Source: Octopus vulgaris (lineage: Eukaryota). From it: 64,000 nt of DNA. The stretch is from the NCBI GenBank assembly GCA_951406725.2, contig OX597823.1, positions 48,298,001-48,362,000 of the forward strand, read 5' to 3'. Below are positions 1 to 12,466 of this stretch, piece after piece. The translations under genes were made by a program, and so were the position numbers. Each line of letters opens with the position of its first letter. Position 1 is the stretch's first letter. The notes beneath the pieces were generated by a model. That model was not told the DNA's origin, searched no databases, and saw only the letters and a program-made list of their open reading frames with translations.

Positions 1-359
1 TGTATGTAAAACTATATACATTTATGTATGTGTGTTTGTTCATAAAAGATATCTTATGATATTGTTTCATCATGGCTATGCCCCATTATCTCAATATCAC
101 TTATGCCTCTTTTCACTTATGAGAGAGATACAAACAAAGGCTTGCTATAATTAATCTAAACCCTTTAAAAGCAGTGCCCCAGCATGGCCTCAGCTCAATG
201 ATTAAAATGAGAAAATGAATAAAAATATAACATATTCATAGATAATGAGAATTAATAATCAGATGATGTAAATTTTATAATAAATATAGAATAAAAATTA
301 TGTAAGACACCATACAGCATAGAAAATGATTAACTATATACCATATTATAAGCATGTGT

Positions 360-941
360 CTGTTGTTTGTGTATAAGTATGTATGTGTTAGTGTATACTT
401 CACACACATACATATATTGCATATATACATATTAAGACACACACGCATATACATACACACATGTACAACTATGTATATATGTGCATGCGTGTGTATGTAT
501 ATATATATATATAAACACACATATATATATACATATATATATCTGTGTATATATATATATATGTATGTATGTATTATATATACATGTATATATATATATA
601 TCTGTATATATGTATATAGGTATGTGTGTGTGTGTATATATATTCATACACACACACACATACACTATAAATCTTCTTATATGCACAGTGAACAGCATAT
701 CTCATCATATACATACACAACACACACATAATCTCTTAGAATTCTTTATATATGTATATCTAGTATATATATATATATAGATATATATCTATATATATAT
801 ATATATATATACATCCATATATATATATACACACATATATAGGCACATACATATACATATATATTTATGTACACATGTTTATGTACATGTATATTTACAT
901 GTACATAATATGCGTGAGAGCATATATATATATGCACGTAA

Positions 942-999
<58 letters not shown>

Positions 1000-1080
1000 C
1001 AAAAATACATAGATGCATGCACATACACACACATATGCATATATGCATACACACACACACACACGCACATACGCACACAT
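360..1080. repeat. Compound (TA)n/(CA)n/(TATG)n microsatellite field
   Basis: Alternating purine-pyrimidine simple repeats; source of the YI/CV/HT-rich ORFs. Confidence 0.95.
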
Positions 1081-1469
1081 TATAGTCCATGCTACAAATC
1101 AATTTTGGGGTTACAACTCCTAAAGAGAAAATATGGGCTTCAAAACAATGGTTCTTCATTTCAAGCTAGTTTTGTCTCAGCTTCAATTGACTAAGAACAA
1201 TGCATGCTCTCTCCTGACATAGGTTCCCTGCTGCAGACTAATGGCAAAACTGAAGAATTGACACTTTCAGAAGAGCAAGCAGTGGAGGAGGTTACAAGGG
1301 TGGGGGTGGGAGGATGGTGTGGTGTTGCGTGGTGTGGGGTGGGGTGGAGTGGAGTGGGGATGGAAAGAAAGAGGTAAGTTGAGAGGCCTACTGATTACTG
1401 TAAAAGTTGATGGAAGAGGAGAAAGATGAGACAGTAATAAAAGTGGTGATTTTCAATAGCACCAGAAGT

Positions 1470-1549
1470 TGTGGTGGTGATGGTGGTGGCGGTGGTGGTG
1501 GTGGTGATAGCGCCGACAACATCAGCAGTGGCGGTGGCATTGTTGGTGT

Positions 1550-1581
<32 letters not shown>

Positions 1582-1684
1582 ATGATGATTATGATGATGA
1601 TTATGATGGTGGTTGTGATGGTTTTGGTTTTGGTACTGGGGTGCTTGTGGCGATGATGATGATGGTGTTGGTGATGGTGGTGGT

Positions 1685-1717
<33 letters not shown>

Positions 1718-1803
1718 GGTGCTGGTGCTGGTACTGGTGGTGATGATGATGGTGTTGATTTAAAGAAAGGAATGGTGGTGGTTGTGGTGGTGGTGGTGGT
1801 GGG
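1470..1803. repeat. (GGT)n/(GAT)n trinucleotide repeat
   Basis: Direct reading; poly-G/D/V/M ORFs in different frames. Confidence 0.95.
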
Positions 1804-2777
1804 GTGAGGGAACTCCCACTGCTGCTTTATTTGCTGAACTTTATCAAGATACTGTTTAGCTGTGCAAAGGAGTAATTGATTATGATAATGATATCAGAAG
1901 AGAAACGGCCAAAACAAGAAAGCACTACAGAAACTAGAAAGTACACGTGCACACACGCACACACACACACACAACACAACACACACAATACATAAACACA
2001 CAACTCACACACATACTCAGTAAAGAGAATGTGGGATGTCTAGTATATGCAGATGAAAATAGGCGACCTCCTCCATTTCTTGTACAAAACAAAACTGACA
2101 AAATTATACATAGAAATAACTTGTATTGGCATATTTTTGGTAACAAAGGTCAGAATGGAATTTAAAGTAAAACTGCAACAAGATCTAAGCTAGATATAAA
2201 TGCATTTAGTTGCAGTTTTTGTCAGATTTATGCATGTTGCTAACATATATGCATGTACAGCTTAGGGAATATGATAGAAGTTTAAAATGGCAAGCAGATG
2301 GATAAATTTTTTTGCTTTTGTTTTATCTAGTAATTTTTCAAACATTATTATTGGGTTTATTTTAAGGTCTTCTGTTACAAATAATAATAAGAACTACAGT
2401 CTTTTTAATCCCTGTCTGAAACTGCTGTTGCTTGACTTTGTCTTGGACAAGAACCTGAATGTTGGTTATATCATACAGGGTAATAAGGCCGTAGTGTTAT
2501 AGAGAATTTGTAGTGGGCTGTTTTGACTTTTATTCAGATTCAAGATCATCTGTGACATTAAAATATTTTAGATAGCCTACTGAAGAAAGAGGAGAGAATA
2601 ACATATTTTTAAAAAGCAAAAAAACAAAAAAAATGTTAATATTTTTCATGTCATGTCTAACCCAAAATAGTTATTTGCTAACCAGAGATTCACACACATG
2701 CACACATATATATATAGATACAGCATGTGTGTTTCTTTGTGTGTGTGTGGATGCATGTTCAAGTAAGTATATACATT

Positions 2778-3108
2778 ATGCCAGGTCCGCCTGACTGGCT
2801 CCTGTGCTGGTGGCATGCAAAATGCACCATCCGAACATAGCCGATGCCAGTACCTCACTGACTGGCTCCCGTGGCGGTGGCATGGGAAAAGCACTATCTG
2901 AACGTGATTGATGCCAGAACTGCCTGACTGTTCCCCCCCACACACACACCTTGCTGGTGGCACATAAAAGCACCATTTGAACGTGGGCAATGCCAGTACC
3001 CCATGATTGGCTCCTGTGCTGGTGGCATATAAAAAGCACCCTCTACACTCTCAGAGTGGTTGGCATTAGGAAGGGCATCCAGCTGTAGAAATATTGCCAG
3101 ATCAGATT
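2778..3108 (+). mobile_element. RTE-LINE 3' UTR fragment with about four ~65-bp tandem units
   Basis: Repeated TGCCAG...CTGGC...GTGCTGGTGGCA..AAAAGCAC units followed by GTGGTTGGCATTAGGAAGGGCATCCAGCTGTAGAAA, as downstream of the RTE ORF at 59570-60545. Confidence 0.85.
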
Positions 3109-3215
3109 GCTTAATATTTACTGAGTATTAATTAAGACGACTGTAAGTGAAGATGATTAATTTGCTGTTAATAATAAGCAATTATTAACTTCCCAATCTC
3201 TATTTTCTTTATCTT

Positions 3216-3277
<62 letters not shown>

Positions 3278-3492
3278 TGAATATAATCAAAAGGGTAATA
3301 ATATAGATTACTACCAGTGGCCCAGCACAAAGGACGAATTAGTCATTAGAAAAAAAATTATTCATATAGAAAAATATTATTCATGTAGAAATATAACTAT
3401 GGGCTTCTAAATAAGGATGCCAAGTGCTAGGGACACAAAAAAGGGATAAATTTATCGAGAGTGAAAATCAAAAACATTTACCAATAACGATA

Positions 3493-3576
3493 CATCCCGG
3501 ACTGATATCAGTTTCTACCTCTTTCTAGCAAAACAGACAGAATATGTTTGCTAAGGCTGGTTTCATCAGCGAGACG
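3493..3576 (-). ncRNA. Type I hammerhead ribozyme-like motif in a (TA)n-embedded island (probable Penelope pLTR, about 3280-3710)
   Basis: Minus strand reads CGUCUCG-CUGAUGA-[stem II]-GAAACUGAUAUCAGUC-CGGGAUG: intact core, 7-bp stem I with 2 G.U, palindromic stem III, GUC triplet. Confidence 0.7.
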
Positions 3577-3870
3577 CCTAAGTTAAATCGAGATGCGCAG
3601 CGCGTTAGACCATGTGTTGATCTAAACAACTTGCAGATCTTAACTTTTCAAATCTCTGCGCAGACGCAAAATCTACCCGGCGATATAGGGCATGCCGGGA
3701 AAAAATTTTACGAATATACATATATACATATATATATTTGTATGCATATGAGAGCAAGCATGCTTGAGTTGTTAAGAAGTTTACATCCCAACCTCCAGGG
3801 TTTTGGGTTCAGTCCCGAGCTGACCAAAGCCTTGAGAGTGGATATGCTATCCAGAATCTGAAAGAAGCCA

Positions 3871-3911
<41 letters not shown>

Positions 3912-4522
3912 TACATACATGTATGTAATATGTTCGCATGTATGTGTATGTATGTATGTATGTATGTATGAGTGCATGTTTGATGTGTGTGTGTATTTGT
4001 ATGTATGTATATATATATACACATCTGTCTACTTATCCATACATATATGCATGTATCTATCTATCTGTAAGTTATTTGTAACATCAATCAACGTCTTGTT
4101 TATATCTACCGATGTCAGAGACATAGAATTCTCCTCTGTGCATGAGGGCGGTGGCGACAATGCACTATTGAAATGGCAGAAATGCATCTAATGCTCTCAC
4201 TGGCAGCTGCCAAGATGAATTTTCATCTCACTCTGATATTTATTGTGTCCATAAGAGATGTTATCTCAGGATAAATACCACAGTAACATGCCTATCAATA
4301 GTGTATATACATTAAGTATGATACATTGACGGCTATTTTAATTAAATACTACCTCAGTTGTATTCTCCACATGCCTGTGTGCATCTGTTGTATTGTGTTT
4401 CTCCTCTAGCACCACTTGATAGCTGGTGTTGGTTTGTTTACATCCCTGTAATTTGGCAGTTCAGCAAATGAGACCAAATGAATAAGTCCCAGACAAATCC
4501 CTTCAATACAGTGCCCCAGTAT

Positions 4523-4825
4523 TGTTTGTTTCTTCTCAAGCCATGCCTGGCTCATAAGGGCCGGTTTCCTGGTTTCCTTGGCATATAGGTTCCCCACCTG
4601 GACAGGACGCCGGTCTGTCGCAGGTGAGCTGCAAGATGCAAGAGGAAAGAGTGAGAGAAAGTTGTGGCGAAAGAGTCAGCAGAAGTTTGCCATTACCTTC
4701 TGCCGGAGCCATGTGGAGCTTAGGTGTTTCACTCATAACCACACACATCGCCCAGTTTGAAATTCTAACCTGCGATCCCTTGACCACGAGTTTGCTGCTC
4801 TAACCACTAGGCCATGTGCCCTCCG
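4523..4825 (-). mobile_element. tRNA-derived SINE with V-domain-like body, nested in a family-B SINE
   Basis: A-box TGGCCTAGTGG; CCTGCGACAGACCGGCGTCCTGTCCAGG motif; 14-bp TSD CAGTGC(C/T)CCAGTAT at 4509-4522 and 4826-4839. Confidence 0.8.
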
Positions 4826-4945
4826 CAGTGCTCCAGTATGGCTGAAATCAAAAGACTGAAAGAAATAAAAGATGAGAGATACAAAACCAAAGTACATGTC
4901 AAAAGAATGATACAATATGCGCCACTGCATGTACTTGTGGTTTGA

Positions 4946-5160
4946 AAGGCAGCAAGCTGGCGGAGTTGTTAGGATGTTGGGCAAAAAGCTTAGTGACATT
5001 TCATCTGTTTTCGTGCTCTGAGTTGAAATTCTGTCAAGGTCAACTTTGCCTGTCATCCTTTCAAGGTTAATAAAATAAGTACTAGTCAAGCACTGGGGTT
5101 GACGTAATCAACTTATCCCCTCCCCTGAGACTGCTGGCCTTGTGCCAAAATTTGAAACTA
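4946..5160 (+). mobile_element. SINE family A (tRNA head plus Deu/Nin-like domain)
   Basis: GGCAGCAAGCTGGC head, GTCAACTTTGCCT.TCATCCTTTC core; many homologues in the window. Confidence 0.85.
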
Positions 5161-5285
5161 ATGGTTATGGTCTGATTCCTGGCAGAAGTATGACCAAGTA
5201 CACCACACTACTGCATATTGTAAGAGGCAACTGAAATGGTTTTGACAGGAAAGACATCTGGCTGCATAACACCGCCTTAGTAAAC

Positions 5286-5639
5286 TAGGGGTTCGCAACC
5301 ATTTTTTATCTACAGGACCCTTTGGTTACTATTTTATTCTGGTGGACCTCCTTAGCTATTCGAAGTCTAAAAACTAGTTTTATAGAAACTTCTTTCAAGA
5401 TTCCTGTTTTGCTTTCTGTACATTAACTTGTGAATGTTGATCTATGTAAAACATTAGAGATAGAAACCTAGCAGTTTCTTGCAATACATATCCATACATA
5501 CATACATCAAAAGCCAAATTTTTTTCAAGGGCGCTTAAAATACTGTTGTGGACCCCCAATCTACTATTTTGCTATATGGATCCCCATAAATCTTATATGG
5601 ACTTTCAGGGGTCATATGGACCCTGGCTGAGAACCATTG
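5286..5639 (+). mobile_element. hAT-type MITE, copy 1
   Basis: TIR-like ends TAGGGGTTCGCAACC / GGCTGAGAACCATTG; colinear with 57386-57732. Confidence 0.75.
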
Positions 5640-6591
5640 ATTTAACCAATGCCTGTAAAACATTGATAATAATGATGATTTTTAGCAGAAGTTATTATAT
5701 TCCTTCACTATTTCTTCACTATTTTTAGCTTTTACTTTTAGAAAACAGAACATTTTATTAAGGGGCAACTTAAACGGTTTGTGACTGGAAGGAAGGACAT
5801 CTGAATACAAAATACTACCTTAATAAACCATTTTATACAATGCCTGCATAGATGTAAAACATTGATAATAATTATGATTTTTGGAAGTTATAATATTCCT
5901 TCACTTTTCCTTCTCTGTTTTTTTGCTTCTACATTTAGAAAACAACTTTTTATTGCCTCTGTAAGAAATCAATAATATTTTCCTTAAAAATCTCAACCAG
6001 TAATACACAATCTAATCCACACACTTATTAGATATTACTCAAGTGACAGTCTAATAAGTAGAATTTTTCATTTTTTCCACGAAGAAAACATTAAATATAA
6101 ACGGTATTAAATTGATAAATTGCTGCTTTCACACCTGTCCGTCATTTTTTTCCTGTTTTGTTTTTTTCACATTTCAGTAATATATTTTCAATAACCATGT
6201 CTAAACAAAAATGAATATTGCATGGGCGTCATCAGGAAATGAGGAGTATTTTCAATTAATAAAATGGATCCATCATTATCTGTCTAATTTGCAAGAACGC
6301 AAAATTAAAATAAATACAGAAGCTGCAAAGAGATTTGTCTAAACTTGCTAACCTCCACCACTTCTCTTGGTTTTGTGTTTTGAATTTTTGTGTATTAATA
6401 TCTTCACTTTTACATTTCATTATTGGAATGGGTCGAAAGAGACATATTAAAGCAGTATTTTCTGACTGGATGTTCTTTCTGTTGCCAACCTCTACTTTAA
6501 ATATTAGAAATGAAAAAATATATAAATACGTCTGAAAAATTGCAGGTGCATTGTTTAAGTAGTCAAGGCAGGGAGTGGATAATTCACTTCA

Positions 6592-6970
6592 CGATGATGA
6601 GGATGAGGATGATGATGATGACGATGATGATAATGACGATGATGATGATGATGATGATGACAATGATTATGACAACAATTATTACGATGATGGCGACAGT
6701 GGTAATGGTGATGGTGGTGGTGGCGGCGGTGATGGTGGCGATGTTGGTGGTTGTGGTGGTGGTAGTGGTGGTTGTGGTGGTTGTGGTGGTGGTGGTGGTG
6801 GTGGTGGTAGTGGTGGTGGTGGTGGTGGTGGTGGTGGTGGTGGTTATAGTGGTGGTGGTGATGGTAGATGCTTTGGTGGTCATGGTTGTGGTGGTGGTAG
6901 TGGTGGTGGTGGTGGTGGTGGCAGTGGTTGTTGTTGTTGTGGTGGTGGTGGTGGTGATGATGATGATAAT
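6592..6970. repeat. (GAT)n/(GGT)n trinucleotide repeat
   Basis: Direct reading. Confidence 0.95.
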
Positions 6971-7349
6971 AAAAATGTTGTTTAGCTCCAAGTGGGCTCT
7001 GAACCAAAAGAATCTGATCAAAGGCATTCCGAGTATGCCTGACCATCTGAGAGTTTTTTTTTTTTCTTTGGCAGGTACAACTGAACGCATTTTTTTTTTA
7101 CTTAAACCCATTTCTTTTTCAAGTTTATGTTTTGCTTCATACATCCCATTTTTTTGCATGTGTTTTCATATCCACATTTTAATGGCGGTATGAATATGTC
7201 TTTTATGCTTTTCATTTGCAATACGTTGACTTTCTTTTCATATTTCATTTGCTCAGATTTCATGATTACGCAACATTCTACTGCAGTCTTTTTTTATGTC
7301 GCTTCTTTGACTACTTTGTTTCTTCTGTCTTCTTTCTTTTTTTCTTTCT

Positions 7350-7386
<37 letters not shown>

Positions 7387-7420
7387 CCATCTTTCTCTCT
7401 TACACCCTATTATTTTTTTG

Positions 7421-7645
7421 TGGAGGCGTGTGGCTTATTAGGTAGGGTGTTGAACTCTTGAGCATAAGATTGTGGTTTCAATTCCAAGACTGAGCAATGT
7501 GTTATATTCTTGAGCAAAACACTACATTTCATGCTGCTTCCAATCCACGCAGCTGGCAAAAGTGAGTATCCCTGTGACAGATTAGCATCCAATCCAGGGG
7601 GAGAATATATACACCACAGAAACCAGGAAACTAGCCCTGTGAGTC
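7421..7645 (+). mobile_element. tRNA-derived SINE (CORE-like body, V-like 3' part)
   Basis: GGAGGCGTGTGGCTTA head, CTTGAGCAAAACACT core, GAAACCAGGAAACT tail shared with 4523-4825. Confidence 0.7.
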
Positions 7646-7764
7646 TATATTATTTTACCTCTTCCTGCTCCTTCTTCTCTGAGCCTATTCTATTTATTTA
7701 CTATTTTACTCTTTTATATTTACTTTCATTGTTTTTTTTATTTATCCAACACATATGATGTATG

Positions 7765-7801
<37 letters not shown>

Positions 7802-8080
7802 ATAATAATATAGGGTGAAATTAATTAATTTGGAATAATCATTAATTTCAAATTTTTATGCTTTCCTATGACTTAATTTCGAAACGTACGTCCGTAGGTG
7901 ACTTAATATAGAATGATTGTCGTCATTTCTTTCTCTTTTGCCTGCGTTGTTTGCCTTTTAAGTGCTGTGGTTTTACTGGGATCTCCCTTTTAAGTAGAAA
8001 GAATAGCCATAATTCTTTGACTGCTATTTCTAAATTCGGTTTGTGGTGAGGCAAATCGTTGCTAAACCCTTAATTACTTA

Positions 8081-8114
<34 letters not shown>

Positions 8115-8433
8115 CGGTAGACTGGGTCTAAAAATATTGGTTACAAGGATACTAAGGGGTCCCACCTGTAACTACAATACTATCATTTATTATTTTATTT
8201 ATTTATACATTATTTTTTGGTTAAAAGTATTCTTTCCAACTGTCTACAAACATAGCCAGGCAGAAATAATTAATGCATTCTTCCAGGAGTGAATAAAAAA
8301 AATTCTCAAACTTGAGGGGATGGGCCCCTTAGATACTAACATGGGCCTCCATATATGGATTCTAATGGCACAGGGACCCACTTGCCATCAGGTAAGCTGG
8401 CAACTTGGCCAGTCTGCCACTGTATATATCTAC

Positions 8434-8480
<47 letters not shown>

Positions 8481-8665
8481 CCTACCTACCTATCTACCTA
8501 CCTACCTACTTACCTACCTACCTACCTACCTATCTATAAGAATTTGAACTCAGAATGTAAAGACAGATTAAGAACCACTATGCATTTTACCTGGCATGCT
8601 AATGATTCTGCTAGCTCACAACCTTAATGATAATGATGATGATTATGATAATAATAATAATAATG

Positions 8666-8703
<38 letters not shown>

Positions 8704-9536
8704 TATAGTAATAATAATAATAATACAGATAAATAGCAATACAAACAGCCTTCAATTGCTAACGTCCCATAAGAACTATCCAGGCATCCTGAGTGACAGA
8801 GGTAAGTCCCAGATTGGGAGCTACTGAAGTGTGGGAACTTATGACATTTGGGAGCTGTTGACATTTCCTTTGTTTGCAGTCCAAGATCTACATAATGAAG
8901 AATTCTCCCCTTCCAGATGTTGAATTAAATTCGTCATTTCTAACAAGGAAGAGTGTGAAAGATACTAAATGAATGAGAAAATTGAAATGTTTTTGCAACG
9001 TGACAAATTTTGTTTCAACAGTTTCGAATGAATATTATTATGATTGACAGTTTCATTCTTCATAAACAAAACCCCTCATTCTATGTCCACCACCACTACC
9101 ACAACCACAACCACCAACACCAACACCACCAACACCAACACCACCAACACCACCAAAACCGACACTTAAAAAAAAAGAAAAAAACTGAATTCACACTGAA
9201 TCTACTGTTTTGTTAGTAACTTAAATATTTTACACTGTTCATTGAGCATATCACAAGTATGTGTTTCTTAAATATATATTAGATTACTTGTTAGAGATAG
9301 CAAAGAGAATAGCAAATATTGAAAAAACAAACAATTTGTCGATTTCACCTGACATACATTGATAGAGAAAAAAAAAGTAAAACTGACTGGCTGACTGCAC
9401 AACCAAACAAATACACACATACACATGCACACCTACATATATACATACATACTAATATACACATATATACACATACATACATATATATATATATATAAGT
9501 ATCTATCTATCTATATATATATATACATACATATAC

Positions 9537-9581
<45 letters not shown>

Positions 9582-10198
9582 CATACATACATGCTAGCAT
9601 GGAAAACGGACGTTAAACGGTGATGATGATGATGATGATGTTGATGATGATGATGTTGATGATGATGATGATACATACACACCCACACAATTATACATAT
9701 ATATACACATACATATACACATGCAAAAAATGTTTTTACTTCACATGAAAATACTCATAAAGGTATACAAACTTATGAGTGTTTGTGTGTGTGTATGTAT
9801 ATACATATATAGGAGTGTATATATGTGCATGTTTGTGTGTGTGTATGTATGCATGCATGTGTGTGTGTGTTTCTGTGTGTGTGCGTGCACATACCTTTAC
9901 ATGAACAGGTAAATGTATTTATTTATACATTAATACAACCAGGAAGCAGATTCTTGTTAAAGCTGTCGTGTAAAATTAACAAATTAAAGATATGAACCAA
10001 TTCTTATTGAAAATGTTGTTGCAATGAATAATTCTACTAGTTAATGTTAAAGGAAACTGAAGAACTGGTAAGAATCATTTGTGCATCAGACACAAGGCCT
10101 TGTAGAATTTTTTCTAGTTCTGTTCTCTGGATTCAAACCCTACCATGATCAAGTTTGCTGTTGATCAAAAATAGCCAAAGACTATCCAAATACTAGGG

Positions 10199-10200
<2 letters not shown>

Positions 10201-10229
<29 letters not shown>

Positions 10230-10267
10230 CTTCTTCTTCTTCTTCTTCTTCTTCTTCTTCTTCTTCT
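10201..10267. repeat. (TTC)22 perfect repeat
   Basis: Direct reading. Confidence 0.97.
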
Positions 10268-10613
10268 CTCTCCCTCACACACACTCATTGAGCTGTGCAA
10301 AGGGTTATGGGGGACCACTCACAGCATCTTTTTCTCCAGAAAAGAAGAGATGAGTAAGCAAATATACTTGCTTTGAAGACAAACCGATGTTACTGGAATT
10401 ATACGAGAATGAACTGATGTCAAGGAATTTAAATAAAAGCTTGTTAATTGAATGTGAAAGAAATGCATTTACAACAGAACTTGAGACTTTAACTAGCCTC
10501 AGACCACCATTGGTTCTGTTATATAAATTTCCTGTTTTAAACTGATCTAAACAAAAAAAATCTTCCATCAAAATTTCATGCTAATTTTTGTTCCAAACAA
10601 TAGATTAATAATG

Positions 10614-11307
10614 GTTCCAAATTTTGGCACAAGGCCAGCAGTTTTGAGACAGTGATATAGCTGATTACATTGACCCCGGTGTTCAGCTGGTATTTTACCT
10701 CATTGACTTTGAAACGATGAAAAGCAAAGTCAACTTTGACAGAATTTGAATTCAGAATATGAAGTCAGAAGTATTGTCACTATACATTTTGTCTTTCATA
10801 GTAACAATTCAGGGAGTTCACCACCTTAAAAATAAAATAAAAAATAAAAAAACACTTGATTGATATTAATTTCAAATTTTGGCCCAAAGTCAGCAAGTTC
10901 AGAGAGTGGATAAGTCAATTCTTTTCTATTGTAAGCACAAGGCCTGAAATTTGGGGGAAGGGGGCCAGTTGATTAGATTGACCCCAGTATATAACTGGTA
11001 CTTAATTTATCAACCCTGAAAGAATGAAAGGCAAAGTCAACCTCGGTGGTATTTGAACTCAGAATGTAAAGACAGATGAAAAACTGCTAAGCATTTCAAC
11101 CAGTGTGCTAACAATTCTGCCAACTCACTGCCAAAAAATTGAACACAATCTTTACATTGACTCCAGTCTCCAACTGGTACTTATTTCATCAACCCCTCAA
11201 GGATGAAAGGCAAAGGCAAATTTGAACTTAGAACTTAATGACTGATAAAATACTGCTATGCATTTTGCCCTGTGTGCTAGCGATTCTGTCAGCTTGCCAT
11301 CCTACAC
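10614..11307 (-). mobile_element. Cluster of 3-4 family-A SINEs within one 13-bp direct repeat, inside a piggyBac-like MITE remnant
   Basis: TAGATTAATAATG at 10601-10613 and 11308-11320; host sequence ends AAAAGGGGTTAA near 11410. Confidence 0.8.
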
Positions 11308-11411
11308 TAGATTAATAATGACCATTATTTTACTAAATTTTCCCTTATTTTCAAATTAATAGAAATGAAGACAGTGTATTTCAATAGAAATATGATAACA
11401 AAAGGGGTTAA

Positions 11412-11519
<108 letters not shown>

Positions 11520-11714
11520 ATTGAATTGATTTTATTGTTATCAATTTTAAAATATAACCACGAAACACGTGTAGTCTATTTACTGATTATATACTATTTA
11601 TTATTAGTACTTTATTTAGTTGTAGGTAAATGTTTTATCATATCTTTAATTTTCCTCTATATGTAATGATTTAAGTATACCATTATTGAATCACTTCATG
11701 GTGGTTCTCCACTA

Positions 11715-11761
<47 letters not shown>

Positions 11762-11763
<2 letters not shown>

Positions 11764-11950
11764 ATAATATGTTACATTACTCGATAGTCAAGATAAAACT
11801 CTGAGTTTCAGATGCCGAAGTGGGAATCCACGACATCTCTTCGGTTAGCGTTTTCATAGCCAGATAACCAAAGAGATGTCATGGATTCCCACTTCGGCAT
11901 CTGAAACTCAGAGTTTTATCTTGACTATTGAGTAATGTAACATATTATTG
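11762..11950. repeat. Inverted repeat with 86-bp arms and 17-nt loop; each arm carries a hammerhead-like motif
   Basis: Arms 11762-11847 and 11865-11950 differ at 3 positions, all CpG-type transitions; related copy at 25618-25765. Confidence 0.9.
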
Positions 11951-12466
11951 TATAGATAAATTTCCTCTATTTACATAATATTGAGGTCTCTTTCTTTCTT
12001 TTGTTATCTTACCGTTTTACCAATATATATATATATATTTATATATATATGAATTATGAATTAGAGGTTATGCAACTATCTAAGGGACAAATGTATCAGT
12101 AAGCACTACTGGTGTATTACCTCACTATGTATAGACTGTGCTATAAGGTTAACAGTAATTTGAAAGGTAAACTGTGGTTTAATATATTCAGATAAGAAAA
12201 GAAACAGAGCAACAATTAACAATTAGAAGTTGATCATTGGTATTAAAAGGTCATAGTTTAATTATAGTCAAAATACATTTACAGTTGTTTCAGTATACCT
12301 AAAGATGTAGAGCTAAAAGAAGTGATTACAAAATTAACAGACTTATCCACCGTTTATGATGGAAAGCCTTTTGCCTTTGCCTCTGATAAAGTCTAAATCA
12401 TTCAGACAATGTTTGTTACATGGAACAAGATAAATGCAAGTTTACCTCAACAATAACAAACAGTTA

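Noticed and set aside
275-1159. YI/CV/HT-rich ORFs here and throughout the track
   Set aside because: Translations of dinucleotide and tetranucleotide microsatellites, open in several frames on both strands
1298-1360. G-quadruplex or telomere-like tract
   Set aside because: Degenerate GGGGT/GGAGT simple repeat, no TTAGGG array, no functional context
6510-7193. Longest ORF (227 aa) and overlapping Asp/Gly-, His- and Thr-rich ORFs
   Set aside because: Stop-free only because of (GAT)n/(GGT)n; no splice or domain support
8729-8801. Plus-strand exon ending GAG|GTAAGT
   Set aside because: Putative acceptor sits directly after (AAT)n with no pyrimidine tract
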